From IMG/VR virus record IMGVR_UViG_3300037010_001702, positions 62,001-126,000 of that record: a stretch of DNA of 64,000 bases; one strand, 5' to 3'. Position numbers and translations under genes: made by a program. Positions 27,091 through 36,902 of the stretch are shown in pieces; the first letter of the stretch is position 1, and every line of letters starts with the position of its first letter. The notes beneath the pieces were generated by a model. That model searched no databases. It saw only the letters and a list, made by a program, of their open reading frames with translations, and was not told the DNA's origin.

Positions 27091-28008
27091 AAAGATTGGT
27101 ATGTTGAGAAGTGTCCATGCTGTAACGATTACAAAAACAGAGCTGGATTTAAATTTGAAGGTGATGCAATTATTTACAACTGTTGGAACTGTTCCACAAC
27201 TTCTGTGTATGAAGAATTCTCCGGTAAGATTTCTAGAAAGATGCGAAGCATTCTAAATGCACATGGCATCGATGATACAGAAATTAGTGCAGTGGTTAAT
27301 AGTTCCTTCTTCACTGAAAAGAAAGAAGAGAAAATAACCCTCGCAACTCTTTCCAAGATTAACACTTCAACCCCAACAGTAAAGCTTCCAGAGAAATCGT
27401 TCCAAATTGGAAACTGCCCAGAGTTTATTGATTATCAAATCAAGTTAGTAGAGTATCTTGAAAGCAGAAAAGTGGATGTGAATAAGTTCCCATTCTACTT
27501 CAGCCTAGAAGATCGATTCAAGGATCGCGTCATCATTCCTTACTACCGTAATGGTAAGTTAATCTATTGGCAAGCACGGACAATTCACGACCATGAAAAG
27601 AAGCGATATGACAATGCACCAGTTGGTAGAGAAGCTGTTCTCTTTAACTACGATGCATTGAACTCTTACTCAGCAGAACCGCTCCTTGTTTCCGAAGGTG
27701 TCTTTGATGCTATGATGTTCAATGGTGTCGCTACTCTTGGAAGTAAGCTCACTCCAGCGCAGTTAGAACTCCTACATAAATCAAATCGTAAGTTAGTCTT
27801 CGTAATTGACAAGGATGAAAATGGAAGACACCTTGCGGAGAAGGTGCTCAAGGAAGGATGGCAAATTGCATTTGTTCCTAATGGGTCAAGAGACCTGAAT
27901 GAATGTGTAGTAAAGCATGGCAGAACCTGGACTGCTTGGCAGCTCATGAAGAACCTGCCGAAGGACGCTGACTCTGCGCAGCTTGCTATCAATATAAATT
28001 GTACATAA
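27031..28008 (+). CDS. gp61: DNA primase (gp61-like)
   Basis: CPCC...YNCWNC Zn finger, RVIIP, EGVFD, DKD..G TOPRIM. Confidence 0.92.
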   Translation: MFKQLRLGDLIKEKVHFTLHKDWYVEKCPCCNDYKNRAGFKFEGDAIIYNCWNCSTTSVYEEFSGKISRKMRSILNAHGIDDTEISAVVNSSFFTEKKEEKITLATLSKINTSTPTVKLPEKSFQIGNCPEFIDYQIKLVEYLESRKVDVNKFPFYFSLEDRFKDRVIIPYYRNGKLIYWQARTIHDHEKKRYDNAPVGREAVLFNYDALNSYSAEPLLVSEGVFDAMMFNGVATLGSKLTPAQLELLHKSNRKLVFVIDKDENGRHLAEKVLKEGWQIAFVPNGSRDLNECVVKHGRTWTAWQLMKNLPKDADSAQLAININCT

Positions 28009-28021
28009 CGCTGGAGATATT

Positions 28022-29338
28022 ATGGATTCAGAAAAGCAAAAAGTTATGTTGAGTTGCATGTTAGGTAATCGAGACCTAATGGCAATGTGTTCAGGTATAA
28101 TTAAGCCATCCTACTTTGACCCTTCGCTCAAGAAGACAGTGAAGTTCATGCAAGAGTATTTTACGAAATATAAGGATGTGCCCAAGTTAGGTGCCGTGAA
28201 GGCTGAGACTGGTATTACACTTGAAGATCTTGGTAAGATTGAAAAGTCTGACATGAACTATGTCTCTACTGAAGTAGAAGAGTTCTGCCGCAATCGAGCA
28301 ATCACCGAAGCAATCCTACAGGGCCCAGACCTTCTTGAAAAGGGAGACTTCGGCGAAATTTTGAGGACACTTCGAGATGCCATCTCAGTGGGTCTTCAAC
28401 GCGATCTTGGTATGGATTACTTTGCTAATCCTGAAGAACGCATGAAGCGCACCCATGATACATCAGCTAGAATCTCCACTGGCATCCAAGAGCTTGACGA
28501 TCTTATCGGTGGCGGAATGTCTCGGCAGGAACTTCTCATGTTTGCCGCTAACTCTGGTGGTGGTAAGTCGATGAACATGTTGAACATCGCTAAAAATTTC
28601 CTGGCTCAAGGGTTGCATGGCGTTTATATTTCCCTTGAAATGTCTGAGGATGTTGTGTCAAAGAGACTTGACTCCATGATCACTAAGATTGCCCAGGAGA
28701 ACCTACTTAGGGAACTCACAAAGGCCGCTAACCTGGTTGAAAAGGCAAGTGAGACATATGGTAAGTTCCGGGTCAAGAGAATGCCCGAGAATCGAACCAA
28801 TATAAATACAATTCGATCATGGTTACAGCAGTTAGAGCAGACAGAAGGTTTTGTACCTGACTTTATCTGCGTAGATTATCTTGACATCATGGGTACCACT
28901 ATGAACATCTCGCTGGATAATCTGTTCATCAAGGATAAGTACGTTACTGAAGAAGTTAGAAGCTTAGGTTTTGACTATAATGCCATTATGATCTCCGCAT
29001 CTCAACTTGGACGTACAGCGATTGAGGCAGACAAGTTAAATCAGGCTCACATTCAAGGCGGCATCTCCAAGATAAATACAGCTGACTATGTAATCGGTAT
29101 TAAGCAGGATGACTTAATGAAAGCTGCTGGCGAAATTTACTACGAGTGCCTAAAGTCTCGTAATTCAAGTGGAGTTGGCAACCGAGCATTGTTAGGATGG
29201 GATGCAATCTCACTAACTGTTTCTTCTCTCAAGAAGAAAGGAGCTCTCGTCTTTAAGCCAAAGGTTAATATCGTGTTAGACGAGCGACAACCATCAACCA
29301 AGAAAGCAGACGGCTTATCAAGCCTGATGAATATTTAA
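28022..29338 (+). CDS. gp41: Replicative SF4 helicase (gp41/DnaB-like)
   Basis: ANSGGGKS, YISLEM, VDYLD, ASQLGR, KSR. Confidence 0.95.
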   Translation: MDSEKQKVMLSCMLGNRDLMAMCSGIIKPSYFDPSLKKTVKFMQEYFTKYKDVPKLGAVKAETGITLEDLGKIEKSDMNYVSTEVEEFCRNRAITEAILQGPDLLEKGDFGEILRTLRDAISVGLQRDLGMDYFANPEERMKRTHDTSARISTGIQELDDLIGGGMSRQELLMFAANSGGGKSMNMLNIAKNFLAQGLHGVYISLEMSEDVVSKRLDSMITKIAQENLLRELTKAANLVEKASETYGKFRVKRMPENRTNINTIRSWLQQLEQTEGFVPDFICVDYLDIMGTTMNISLDNLFIKDKYVTEEVRSLGFDYNAIMISASQLGRTAIEADKLNQAHIQGGISKINTADYVIGIKQDDLMKAAGEIYYECLKSRNSSGVGNRALLGWDAISLTVSSLKKKGALVFKPKVNIVLDERQPSTKKADGLSSLMNI

Positions 29339-29355
29339 ACCCAAAGGAGCATATT

Positions 29356-29643
29356 ATGCAAGAAGCAACAGTACCAACAACAATCACAATCGACGGAACA
29401 GAGTATCCTGTTGCCGACTTCAGCGTAAACGTTCAACGTCTTGTTGAAATCCACGCTGAATGGCGCAATGAACTTGCGACAGAACGTCTTGCAGTAGCAA
29501 AGACAGAAGCTGCAATTCGCAGTCTTGACGCTGAGCTTACGCAGGCCGTTGCAGCTGAACTTAAGGCTAAGACAGCAGCTACAGCAGCTACAGCAGCTAC
29601 AGCAGCAGAAGAAGTTCCAGCTGCAGATGCTCCAGCCGCGTAA
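29356..29643 (+). CDS. Small coiled-coil protein with Ala-rich tail
   Basis: ITIDG.EY N-terminus; ACAGCAGCT x3 repeat; AAGGAG RBS. Confidence 0.7.
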   Translation: MQEATVPTTITIDGTEYPVADFSVNVQRLVEIHAEWRNELATERLAVAKTEAAIRSLDAELTQAVAAELKAKTAATAATAATAAEEVPAADAPAA

Positions 29644-29663
29644 TCTTACCTGATTCAAGGTTT

Positions 29664-29695
29664 AGGGAACAGATCGAAAGGTTTGTTCCCTTTTT
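29664..29695 (+). terminator. Intrinsic terminator
   Basis: AGGGAACAGATC-GAAA-GGTTTGTTCCCT-TTTT. Confidence 0.8.
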
Positions 29696-29717
29696 AGTTT
29701 CTCCGCGGGAACCATTC

Positions 29718-29725
29718 TATAAATA
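29718..29725 (+). promoter_or_regulatory. Late promoter TATAAATA
   Basis: Exact consensus 31 nt before ATG 29756. Confidence 0.8.
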
Positions 29726-29755
29726 CTAAACTATCAATTCGTATGCTCGACACTC

Positions 29756-32700
29756 ATGACATCAATCCTTTCAACCGTTGTTTTACTAGAAGGAATCACC
29801 CATCTGGAGGATTTGCCTCCTGGCGAGTTCATTCGCACCGTAAAAACCCTAAAGGATAAGATAATCACTGAGAAGCTAGATGGAGCTAACCTTTGGTTTG
29901 GTCTAGATGAGAATGGTTTATTCACATCACGTGAAGGCAAGTCACCGAAGAAAGGTCGCTTCTATGACGTGAGTGACTATCCAATGGTAGCTAACTATAA
30001 CGGTTTCAGAGCTGCTCACCTTGCTCTTGAAAAAGCAAAGCCAGTCATTGAGCGTTACCTTGAAGAAGGTGACATGGTTGAAGTTGAAATTCTGTTTGGA
30101 CGTCAGCCAAATACGGTTACGTACGGGGTTTCAGACAAGAACTTCATTGTCATTCTTCGTGGGGTGAATGGCACTCCAGATGACAGAATTAAAGCCCTTG
30201 CAAAGGCTGTTGACAAGAAGACTGTAACAGTTGAGTCAACAATCGTTTCATCTCCAGATGGTGAAATACTTCAGCAAGACGATGAGAAGGTTAAGTGGGA
30301 ATTCACCCAAGTAGCACCTATCAGCACAAAGAAGGTTGACACATCCGGTGCTGATGACCTTCTTAAGCAGCTTGAGAAATTCCTGGGCATGAAGAATGAC
30401 GTGCTAAATGATAAGACGAACGGGGAAGTTGCAGAGCTTTCACTTAATAAGGTTCCAAAGGAACAACGAGAAGAAGCTAAGGCAGAGCGTGACAAGGTTC
30501 TTGCACACATTCTAAACAACTTCAAGATTCCAATCAAGGAAATGCTCCTTGGTAAATTCGTGCGCAAGATCAAACCATTCCTTCAAGATTCAAACCTTCA
30601 TCCATCTGAGGACATCGGCGTTGAGGGTGTTGTCGTTAGAGACCCTGTAACTGGTAGTCAAATAAAGATCGTTGACAAGGACGTGTTCACAGCTATCAAT
30701 GCTTTTAACTCTGCTGTAAGAAACAGCATCGCTGGATTGGTTAGAACTACTGATCAAGATGCGGCGATTGAGATGAGAGGTGGAGCATTCGGCCAAGCTA
30801 AAATTCGAATTGCTGAAATTATGGGTGCTAAGGAATTAGCGATGTCCTCTGGTGTAAAGCGCTTCATCACAAAGTTCAAGGCTGAAACTCCTCAAGCTAC
30901 AGCTCAAGCCCTTGCAGACAGCCTTCACATTGAAAGCTTTGGTTCAATCAAGACGAAGGTATCTTCTATCTTGAAGAACGCAATTAGCGAGGTAAATTCT
31001 ATTCTTGACGAATTCAAGAAGGACTCTGGTGAATTCAAGCTTAAGCTAAAAACTGGTAAGGAAATAGGGATCACTCCAGAGATTATGAAGCGTACTCTTA
31101 CAGCGTTTGCAGAAACCAAGAAGGACATCTTGGACGTAAATGCCCGCGTTCTTCGTAGCTCAACGCCTACAGAGCTTGTCCTCGCGCTGTACGGAAAAAC
31201 AATTGAATCCCTATTTGATGGAGCCGAAGACGTGAAAGAATCATATACACTTTTGAAAACAATCAATGAGGATGATGCTGCATCAGGAGCATCGCAAGGT
31301 GCAACCCCTGCCACCAATGGTGCAGTACCAGAGGTAATTTCAGGAACAACATCTTCAGCAGTGATTGCACCACTTCCTAAGATGCTTATGAAGGGTGCTA
31401 AGATGATAACCCGCCGCATCAGAAAGTTTAAGGCTGGCAGCAGGTTCCCAATTCCTAAAGCTATTAAAGCTGAAGGGAAAATTCCCCTTCACAAGTCAAT
31501 GACTGAAGATTGGGCTCACACAAGAGACCTGAAGTTTGCTACAGACGTTGACGATACTGCAGGTGCGAAGAATGACATCGAGTTTAATAGACTGCGGAAC
31601 AATGTTAATATAGGAAATAAGGTAACTCAGATGGACGTTAACCGTTATCTTGATAAAGCCCACGAGCTTAACGATGAAGTTGACACAGTTACCTTTGGTA
31701 TGGAAACAGATGATGGCAAGATCGCAAAGGTCTACGTTAACGCGGCACAGGCTGACGAATTTGAAAAGGCTTTATCAGTCCTTTTAGGGCAGCAGGATGA
31801 TCTTGAAGTTGTCATCAATGACCTTGCAGCTAAGTATGACATCGTTGACATTGAATGGCCAGAAGGTTACGTCTCAAATACCTCTGGCGACGCGCTGGCT
31901 GCGACAGCCGAACAAACTCCTGAAGAGCCAGTTGTCACTAAAGTAAATGATGATGGAGAACCAGAAATTCACCTTGGACTTGAAGGTGGAGAAAGTGATG
32001 AGCTTGATTCATCTGACCAGCAGGACGTAGCAAGTGCTGAATCTGATATTGAAAGCGCTGCAGACACTGATCTCAATCTTGATGCTGACGATGAGGAAGA
32101 TAGGGGTGACGATGAGGAAGATAGGGGCGGTGATGAGGGCGGTGATGATAATGAGCTTGACGTTAGTGGCAGTGATGACACGGACAAGCCAAAGAAAAAG
32201 AAGAAAAAGAAGGATAAGGATAAGGATATTGACTTGGATATTGACTTGAACGCATCTGACATTGAAGAAGCAGCGTGTAGAAGCGGTAGAGTTATTAGCG
32301 AAGATTCCACTGCTGCACAATCATCTATTAGCGCATTCTTGCAGTCAATGGGCGTGGATACATCTTCCAACACGTCAGTTGCAGCTCAGCTAGCTTCACC
32401 AAAGGTGAAGGCAAACCTTAGCAAGGTAGGTGCTAATAGTTCACTTTTGAAGACCATCAATAATGCTTCAGCTAAACTGGCACCTGCTAAGCCTAACGTA
32501 GCACCTTCAAATGCCGCACCGCAGTTTAATGGATTCGTAGCTAAGGGTGACATCATCGCTGAGGATGCGGTTGATCAAGGCAAGTGGATTATCGCTAAGC
32601 TTGGCTCCGCTGGCCTGATGCTAAGAGTTACTGGTCTATCATTCAAGATAGATGACCAGGAGACTGTAAAGCTCCAGCACATTCTTGAAAAGCACAAGAC

Positions 32701-32863
32701 TGGTTCTGTAATCTCAACCGAGGATGTCAGAATCTTGTTCAAGCCAGCCGAAGATGGTGCTTTTGCAGTTAAGAACGTTGATGACGAATCCGAATTTCCA
32801 GATGGCATCTACCTATCGCGCAAGCAAGTAGATGAAATTTTAGAGATGATCGAAACATATTGA
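29756..32863 (+). CDS. Large late protein with N-terminal ligase-type nucleotidyltransferase fold (DUF6267-like) and acidic low-complexity region
   Basis: THLED, TEKLDG, EVEILF, EGVVV, KIVD motifs; D/E tract and poly-K. Confidence 0.7.
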   Translation: MTSILSTVVLLEGITHLEDLPPGEFIRTVKTLKDKIITEKLDGANLWFGLDENGLFTSREGKSPKKGRFYDVSDYPMVANYNGFRAAHLALEKAKPVIERYLEEGDMVEVEILFGRQPNTVTYGVSDKNFIVILRGVNGTPDDRIKALAKAVDKKTVTVESTIVSSPDGEILQQDDEKVKWEFTQVAPISTKKVDTSGADDLLKQLEKFLGMKNDVLNDKTNGEVAELSLNKVPKEQREEAKAERDKVLAHILNNFKIPIKEMLLGKFVRKIKPFLQDSNLHPSEDIGVEGVVVRDPVTGSQIKIVDKDVFTAINAFNSAVRNSIAGLVRTTDQDAAIEMRGGAFGQAKIRIAEIMGAKELAMSSGVKRFITKFKAETPQATAQALADSLHIESFGSIKTKVSSILKNAISEVNSILDEFKKDSGEFKLKLKTGKEIGITPEIMKRTLTAFAETKKDILDVNARVLRSSTPTELVLALYGKTIESLFDGAEDVKESYTLLKTINEDDAASGASQGATPATNGAVPEVISGTTSSAVIAPLPKMLMKGAKMITRRIRKFKAGSRFPIPKAIKAEGKIPLHKSMTEDWAHTRDLKFATDVDDTAGAKNDIEFNRLRNNVNIGNKVTQMDVNRYLDKAHELNDEVDTVTFGMETDDGKIAKVYVNAAQADEFEKALSVLLGQQDDLEVVINDLAAKYDIVDIEWPEGYVSNTSGDALAATAEQTPEEPVVTKVNDDGEPEIHLGLEGGESDELDSSDQQDVASAESDIESAADTDLNLDADDEEDRGDDEEDRGGDEGGDDNELDVSGSDDTDKPKKKKKKKDKDKDIDLDIDLNASDIEEAACRSGRVISEDSTAAQSSISAFLQSMGVDTSSNTSVAAQLASPKVKANLSKVGANSSLLKTINNASAKLAPAKPNVAPSNAAPQFNGFVAKGDIIAEDAVDQGKWIIAKLGSAGLMLRVTGLSFKIDDQETVKLQHILEKHKTGSVISTEDVRILFKPAEDGAFAVKNVDDESEFPDGIYLSRKQVDEILEMIETY

Positions 32864-32879
32864 TTTTCGAATAAGACAT

Positions 32880-33551
32880 ATGAAATTTAATTATGAAGAG
32901 ATGGAAGCTCTCTCCTTCAAGGGAAAGCGCTTTTATCAAACCCCAAGTGGCAAGTTCTATCCATCAATCACTACGGTGTTGGGTGGTACTACCCCTCCTG
33001 AAAAAGCTGATGCTTTGAAAAATTGGCAGGCATCTTTAGGAATGGACGTAGCGCAAAAGAAGACGCAAGAAGCTGCCGATAGGGGTACATCAGTGCACTT
33101 GATGATTGAGCGCTACTTGAAGAAGGAACCCGTTATCCAGGGTGAGAAGTTCGACAGCAGCATTATTACGTCCTTCAATGGGCTGAAGCTAAAGCTGAAC
33201 GCTATTGAAGAAGTTTGGGGACAGGAAGTTGCTCTCTATTCTGACCTTCTTGAAATTGCCGGTCGGTGCGACTGCATTGGTGTTTATAAGGGTAAGGAAT
33301 GCATCATTGACTTCAAGACGGCTGGCCGCTTGAAGGGCGATAAGGATATCGATGATTACAAACTGCAGCTGACAGCATATGCGATTATGCACAATGAGAT
33401 ATTTGGAACAGATATCTCAGATGGTGTTATTCTTATGACATCTGCTGGGGGATTCCCACAGGAGTTTAGAGTTAATCTTTTAGACTATGTTGATAAGTTG
33501 GCAGATAGAGTGGATAAATTTTACGTACAGTTAGAAGCTGAAATAGCTTAA
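32880..33551 (+). CDS. PD-(D/E)XK exonuclease
   Basis: PSITTVL, RGT.VH..IE, AGR.D, IIDFKT, Q..AY. Confidence 0.9.
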   Translation: MKFNYEEMEALSFKGKRFYQTPSGKFYPSITTVLGGTTPPEKADALKNWQASLGMDVAQKKTQEAADRGTSVHLMIERYLKKEPVIQGEKFDSSIITSFNGLKLKLNAIEEVWGQEVALYSDLLEIAGRCDCIGVYKGKECIIDFKTAGRLKGDKDIDDYKLQLTAYAIMHNEIFGTDISDGVILMTSAGGFPQEFRVNLLDYVDKLADRVDKFYVQLEAEIA

Positions 33552-33560
33552 GGAAACAGA

Positions 33561-34193
33561 ATGTGTAATATTCTCATTAGTCTTGGAAAACCAGCTACAT
33601 CTGATCTGCTGGATGCAATTATGGTGGCTTTAGCCTCTGGATGGGGTACTCCAACAGTCACTACAGCTGGTACCACAACGGTAATTAGCTTTGATAGTGA
33701 AAGCGTTGAAGCAAATCCGATTCCAAGCCCAGACACAGAAATGCCAAGCCCAGAAGACTTCGTTGCGGTTGCTACTTTGGAGCTGCCACCAGCTCCAGTA
33801 GAAGATCCATCCACCACGGTTGCCTTGGGACAAGAGCCGGCCTTAATTCAACAGACAACCATTGAACTGCCGAATGTCATTATTAAGTCGCTCTCACTCA
33901 CAACACAGATTAAAGCATTATTCGATTCATCTATCTCAACGTCAGTGCTGAAGGTTGCTAAAGACAAAACGAGACCAGCAGAACAGGGATTCGAAATGTT
34001 TATGTTTGGTGGTATGAGCTACAGGTACCCATTAAGTGATGGATTGATCAACGTGGTTGTTGCATTTACTGATTCTGATTCTCAACAGTTTAGTACATCA
34101 CTTACTGTGTGCAGCAACGAGGATACAGGAATTGAAGAGATTGTGTTTGGCAGTGCTGATGCTGAGAAGCTTGCACCATACTTGAGCGTGTAA
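33561..34193 (+). CDS. Hypothetical protein
   Basis: 210 aa with Pro-rich segment; AAGGA RBS. Confidence 0.65.
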   Translation: MCNILISLGKPATSDLLDAIMVALASGWGTPTVTTAGTTTVISFDSESVEANPIPSPDTEMPSPEDFVAVATLELPPAPVEDPSTTVALGQEPALIQQTTIELPNVIIKSLSLTTQIKALFDSSISTSVLKVAKDKTRPAEQGFEMFMFGGMSYRYPLSDGLINVVVAFTDSDSQQFSTSLTVCSNEDTGIEEIVFGSADAEKLAPYLSV

Positions 34194-34194
34194 C

Positions 34195-34935
34195 ATGGGC
34201 ATGTACCTGCGCAATAACATCGTTTTCAGAATATCCTCTGCAGAAGCTATTGCCAACTTTAAGAGAGCGCAAGCGGCTTCATTCCTTCAACTAACCCGTA
34301 AAGAGTTGGTGTTTGATGAAGCTGCTAAGGAATCAATTCTTCTTGAGTTTGACCGCTTCTCACAGTGGGTATTCAAGATCGAAAAGCTTTGTCTCACATC
34401 AAACTCTCACACTTTGCCTCCAACTTTGATGGCATCTGTCAAAGAATACTTTGTAGATGAACTAAATACTATCGAGGCAGTTATGGATAGTTATCCAGAT
34501 GTTTTCTCGGCAAACGTTAGAGTGTTCGCAAAGATGATTCACACATACTCTAGTGGTATTGTTCTGGAGATATTGGACACAATACAGTCAGACAGAATGG
34601 ACTATGGATTCTTACAGATCATTAAGTGTATCTCAAACTATCTGCAGCACCTATTGCTTTCATTTCACGAATTCAATAATAATATCATCACACATAACAC
34701 GAAACCATTTGTGTGTGCACCTAATTTTTGCACGTCAAAGAATTCAACAAAATTTATACCTGAGACCCATAGAATAAAATTCTATACCGAAAACAAAGTT
34801 GGTAGTGTTTACGTCCTAAAAGACTATTCTGATAAATTTTTATTTACTCCTGCGGTTGAACACTTCAACACGCTAGGAGTAACGATTATTCCAGAAGATG
34901 AAGAGCACACTGAATTTGTATGTTTGGATAAATAA
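34195..34935 (+). CDS. Hypothetical protein
   Basis: 246 aa coupled ORF. Confidence 0.65.
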   Translation: MGMYLRNNIVFRISSAEAIANFKRAQAASFLQLTRKELVFDEAAKESILLEFDRFSQWVFKIEKLCLTSNSHTLPPTLMASVKEYFVDELNTIEAVMDSYPDVFSANVRVFAKMIHTYSSGIVLEILDTIQSDRMDYGFLQIIKCISNYLQHLLLSFHEFNNNIITHNTKPFVCAPNFCTSKNSTKFIPETHRIKFYTENKVGSVYVLKDYSDKFLFTPAVEHFNTLGVTIIPEDEEHTEFVCLDK

Positions 34936-34954
34936 TTTTAGCACTTAGGATTTT

Positions 34955-35650
34955 ATGGAATCATTACTAAACACGCTGGTTCAACTAGCATCATCTTTAT
35001 CGCCAACAGCCTTCTTAGGGGTATTAACACTTGTTGTAGGAACGATTATTTCAACGATAAAGGTAATGATGCACTTGTCCAGTAAGAAGAAAAAACCAGG
35101 TATATTTAGCTTTCTGACTGGACAGGCAGAAGCGGCTGTATCCGATGACGTCACAATTCAAGACATCCACCATAAGATTAACGCGCTTGTTACAACGATT
35201 GATAGATTATCAACCACAAGTCTTACTGAGAGCAGTACTAAGCGCATTATGACAGGACTTGCAGAAATCAAAAGAGAAGTACAGGAACTAGATGAGGACT
35301 TCCAGCGCATCGACACTAACCTTCACGCCATGAAGGAAGAGATTAGCAACTGCTTCAAGGCAATCATTGCAGAATTTGCAGACATTAAGCACTACATGAA
35401 GATGCATGATGTTAGCGTCCATACAGATTCAGAGGCAGCTAAGGAACTTCAACAGCGCATTCACGGTATTCTTGTTCGTGCCATATCCCAGATTGAAAAA
35501 GCTGACGAGTTCACCCGTACAACAGTACCTGAATTTAGAAGCTACCACAAGGAAATTAGCAAGGACATTAGTGACCTGAGCCGTGACATAGCACTCGTGG
35601 AAAGAAGTTTGCAAAACCAAATAAATACATCAGCAGTCAAGCTACGTTAA
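34955..35650 (+). CDS. Single-TM coiled-coil protein
   Basis: N-terminal TM, KKKK, long heptad region; GATAAATA at 34927-34934. Confidence 0.7.
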   Translation: MESLLNTLVQLASSLSPTAFLGVLTLVVGTIISTIKVMMHLSSKKKKPGIFSFLTGQAEAAVSDDVTIQDIHHKINALVTTIDRLSTTSLTESSTKRIMTGLAEIKREVQELDEDFQRIDTNLHAMKEEISNCFKAIIAEFADIKHYMKMHDVSVHTDSEAAKELQQRIHGILVRAISQIEKADEFTRTTVPEFRSYHKEISKDISDLSRDIALVERSLQNQINTSAVKLR

Positions 35651-35672
35651 AACCCCATAACATAGAGGCATT

Positions 35673-36308
35673 ATGAAAAGCCCATTCATCATAATTCAAG
35701 AATTTCTATCTCCCCTAGTTTGCGAACAAATCGTCAATGACATCAAGATACTTGATCCAGACAGGGACGAGGCGGGAGACCCTAAGAAGCTTGAGCGCTA
35801 TAACCTTATGTGGGAAGAGGAAATTGCTTCACGCTTTAGAGAGCACATTCCTGAAGTTGAAGAGCACTACTCAGCTACATATCGTGGTTTAGAGAAGCCA
35901 GTATTTCAGTACTTTCCGGAGAACTCTAAAGCTCCAGCCCAAAATCCAGGTTGTGAAAATTCAACTTACCTTCGCAAGAAGTGGGTTATGAACAAGGACG
36001 TTGACCTTGTCGGATACATCTGGTTAAAGGACTTTAATGATCAGGTTCCTCTTGATCCAAACCATGAAGTCTTTGGTGGCAAACTTGAATTCCCAGTCTA
36101 CAACTTTAGCATTGTACCACAGCGAGGTACGCTGGTTCTATTCCCAGCAGGTCCTCACTTCATCACAGTCATATCACCTATCCTTCTTGGCGACCTTTAT
36201 CAGATTAAGCTGAACGTGTGTATCAAGGAAACTGGCGGTGGCAGATGGTTTTATCAGCCCAAAAACTTCCCCGGTAAGTGGGAACAGTGGTTTGAAGGCC
36301 ACTTCTAA
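35673..36308 (+). CDS. 2OG-Fe(II) oxygenase-fold protein with degenerate active site
   Basis: FLS...C..I, GG.LEFP, P..G.LVLFP framework; canonical HxD/H/R residues not present. Confidence 0.7.
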   Translation: MKSPFIIIQEFLSPLVCEQIVNDIKILDPDRDEAGDPKKLERYNLMWEEEIASRFREHIPEVEEHYSATYRGLEKPVFQYFPENSKAPAQNPGCENSTYLRKKWVMNKDVDLVGYIWLKDFNDQVPLDPNHEVFGGKLEFPVYNFSIVPQRGTLVLFPAGPHFITVISPILLGDLYQIKLNVCIKETGGGRWFYQPKNFPGKWEQWFEGHF

Positions 36309-36382
36309 GTCGAAATCATTAGTTTGGTGCATAGAAATCAAGCATCCGGCTCGACTAATAAGAACACTTTAGCCAGTGCCAG

Positions 36383-36411
36383 TTTACGCTGGGCTTTGAA
36401 TGGGTTACAAT
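36383..36411 (+). promoter_or_regulatory. Early promoter
   Basis: (G)TTTACG-N17-TACAAT. Confidence 0.65.
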
Positions 36412-36437
36412 AATTCATTACATTCGAAAGCACTTAT

Positions 36438-36605
36438 ATGTTCACTATCTGTATCATCGTTTCTCTTTTCTGCAATGTTGCTCTTTCCTTTGTTATCGCC
36501 AACATCGTGGGTAAGCAGCAAAAGGACAAAGATGACATCAAGAACCTCCAGGACAAAGTTCTTGTGCTTGAAAGCAAGACAAAGAATATCGTAGCTGAAG
36601 ACTAA
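36438..36605 (+). CDS. 55 aa membrane-anchored protein (below the ORF-track cutoff)
   Basis: MFTICIIVSLFCNVALSFVIANIVGKQQKDKDDIKNLQDKVLVLESKTKNIVAED. Confidence 0.6.
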   Translation: MFTICIIVSLFCNVALSFVIANIVGKQQKDKDDIKNLQDKVLVLESKTKNIVAED

Positions 36606-36870
36606 TGTCAGCTTTTTGATAAGTTCTCACTCGAGAAGAAGCGAGCTATCCTAGATAAGCGTAAGCTTATCTACCTGCAGTTCAAGCAGAAACAAATAAG
36701 TGGTGGCATTCTTCTCGTTGGTGATTGCCCATGCCCTGCCCATGCCCATGCCCTGCCCTGCCCTGCCCTGCCCTGCCCTGCCCTGCCCAAGGCTCCAACG
36801 GCATCAGGCTATCATACTTCCTTCTACGCACTCAATCACTGCTCTGGCTGGTTAAATGAACAGCCAGTGA
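36605..36870 (+). pseudogene. Disrupted gene containing a microsatellite
   Basis: TAATG-coupled start, early T-run frameshift, then ...GGILLVGDCP[repeat]APTASGYHTSFYALNHCSGWLNEQ. Confidence 0.5.
36726..36788. repeat. (TGCCC)n microsatellite, 12 units, last 8 perfect
   Basis: Read directly from the sequence. Confidence 0.95.
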
Positions 36871-36902
36871 AAATGGCACTTATTGAAGAAGTGCCATTTT
36901 CA
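36868..36902. terminator. Bidirectional terminator at the strand switch
   Basis: TGAAAATGGCACTT-N7-AAGTGCCATTTTCA; followed by AGTACGCTAAACCAC x2. Confidence 0.7.

Noticed and set aside
19227-29338. Inteins or introns in the polymerase, primase or helicase
   Set aside because: All are contiguous and of normal length, with no Hint motifs
32880-33551. Cas4 / CRISPR-associated nuclease
   Set aside because: Lacks the four-Cys Fe-S pattern and no array or cas genes are present; an ordinary phage PD-(D/E)XK exonuclease
36400-36594. 64 aa ORF in the track
   Set aside because: Starts inside the promoter; the 55 aa ORF 36438-36605 in another frame fits better
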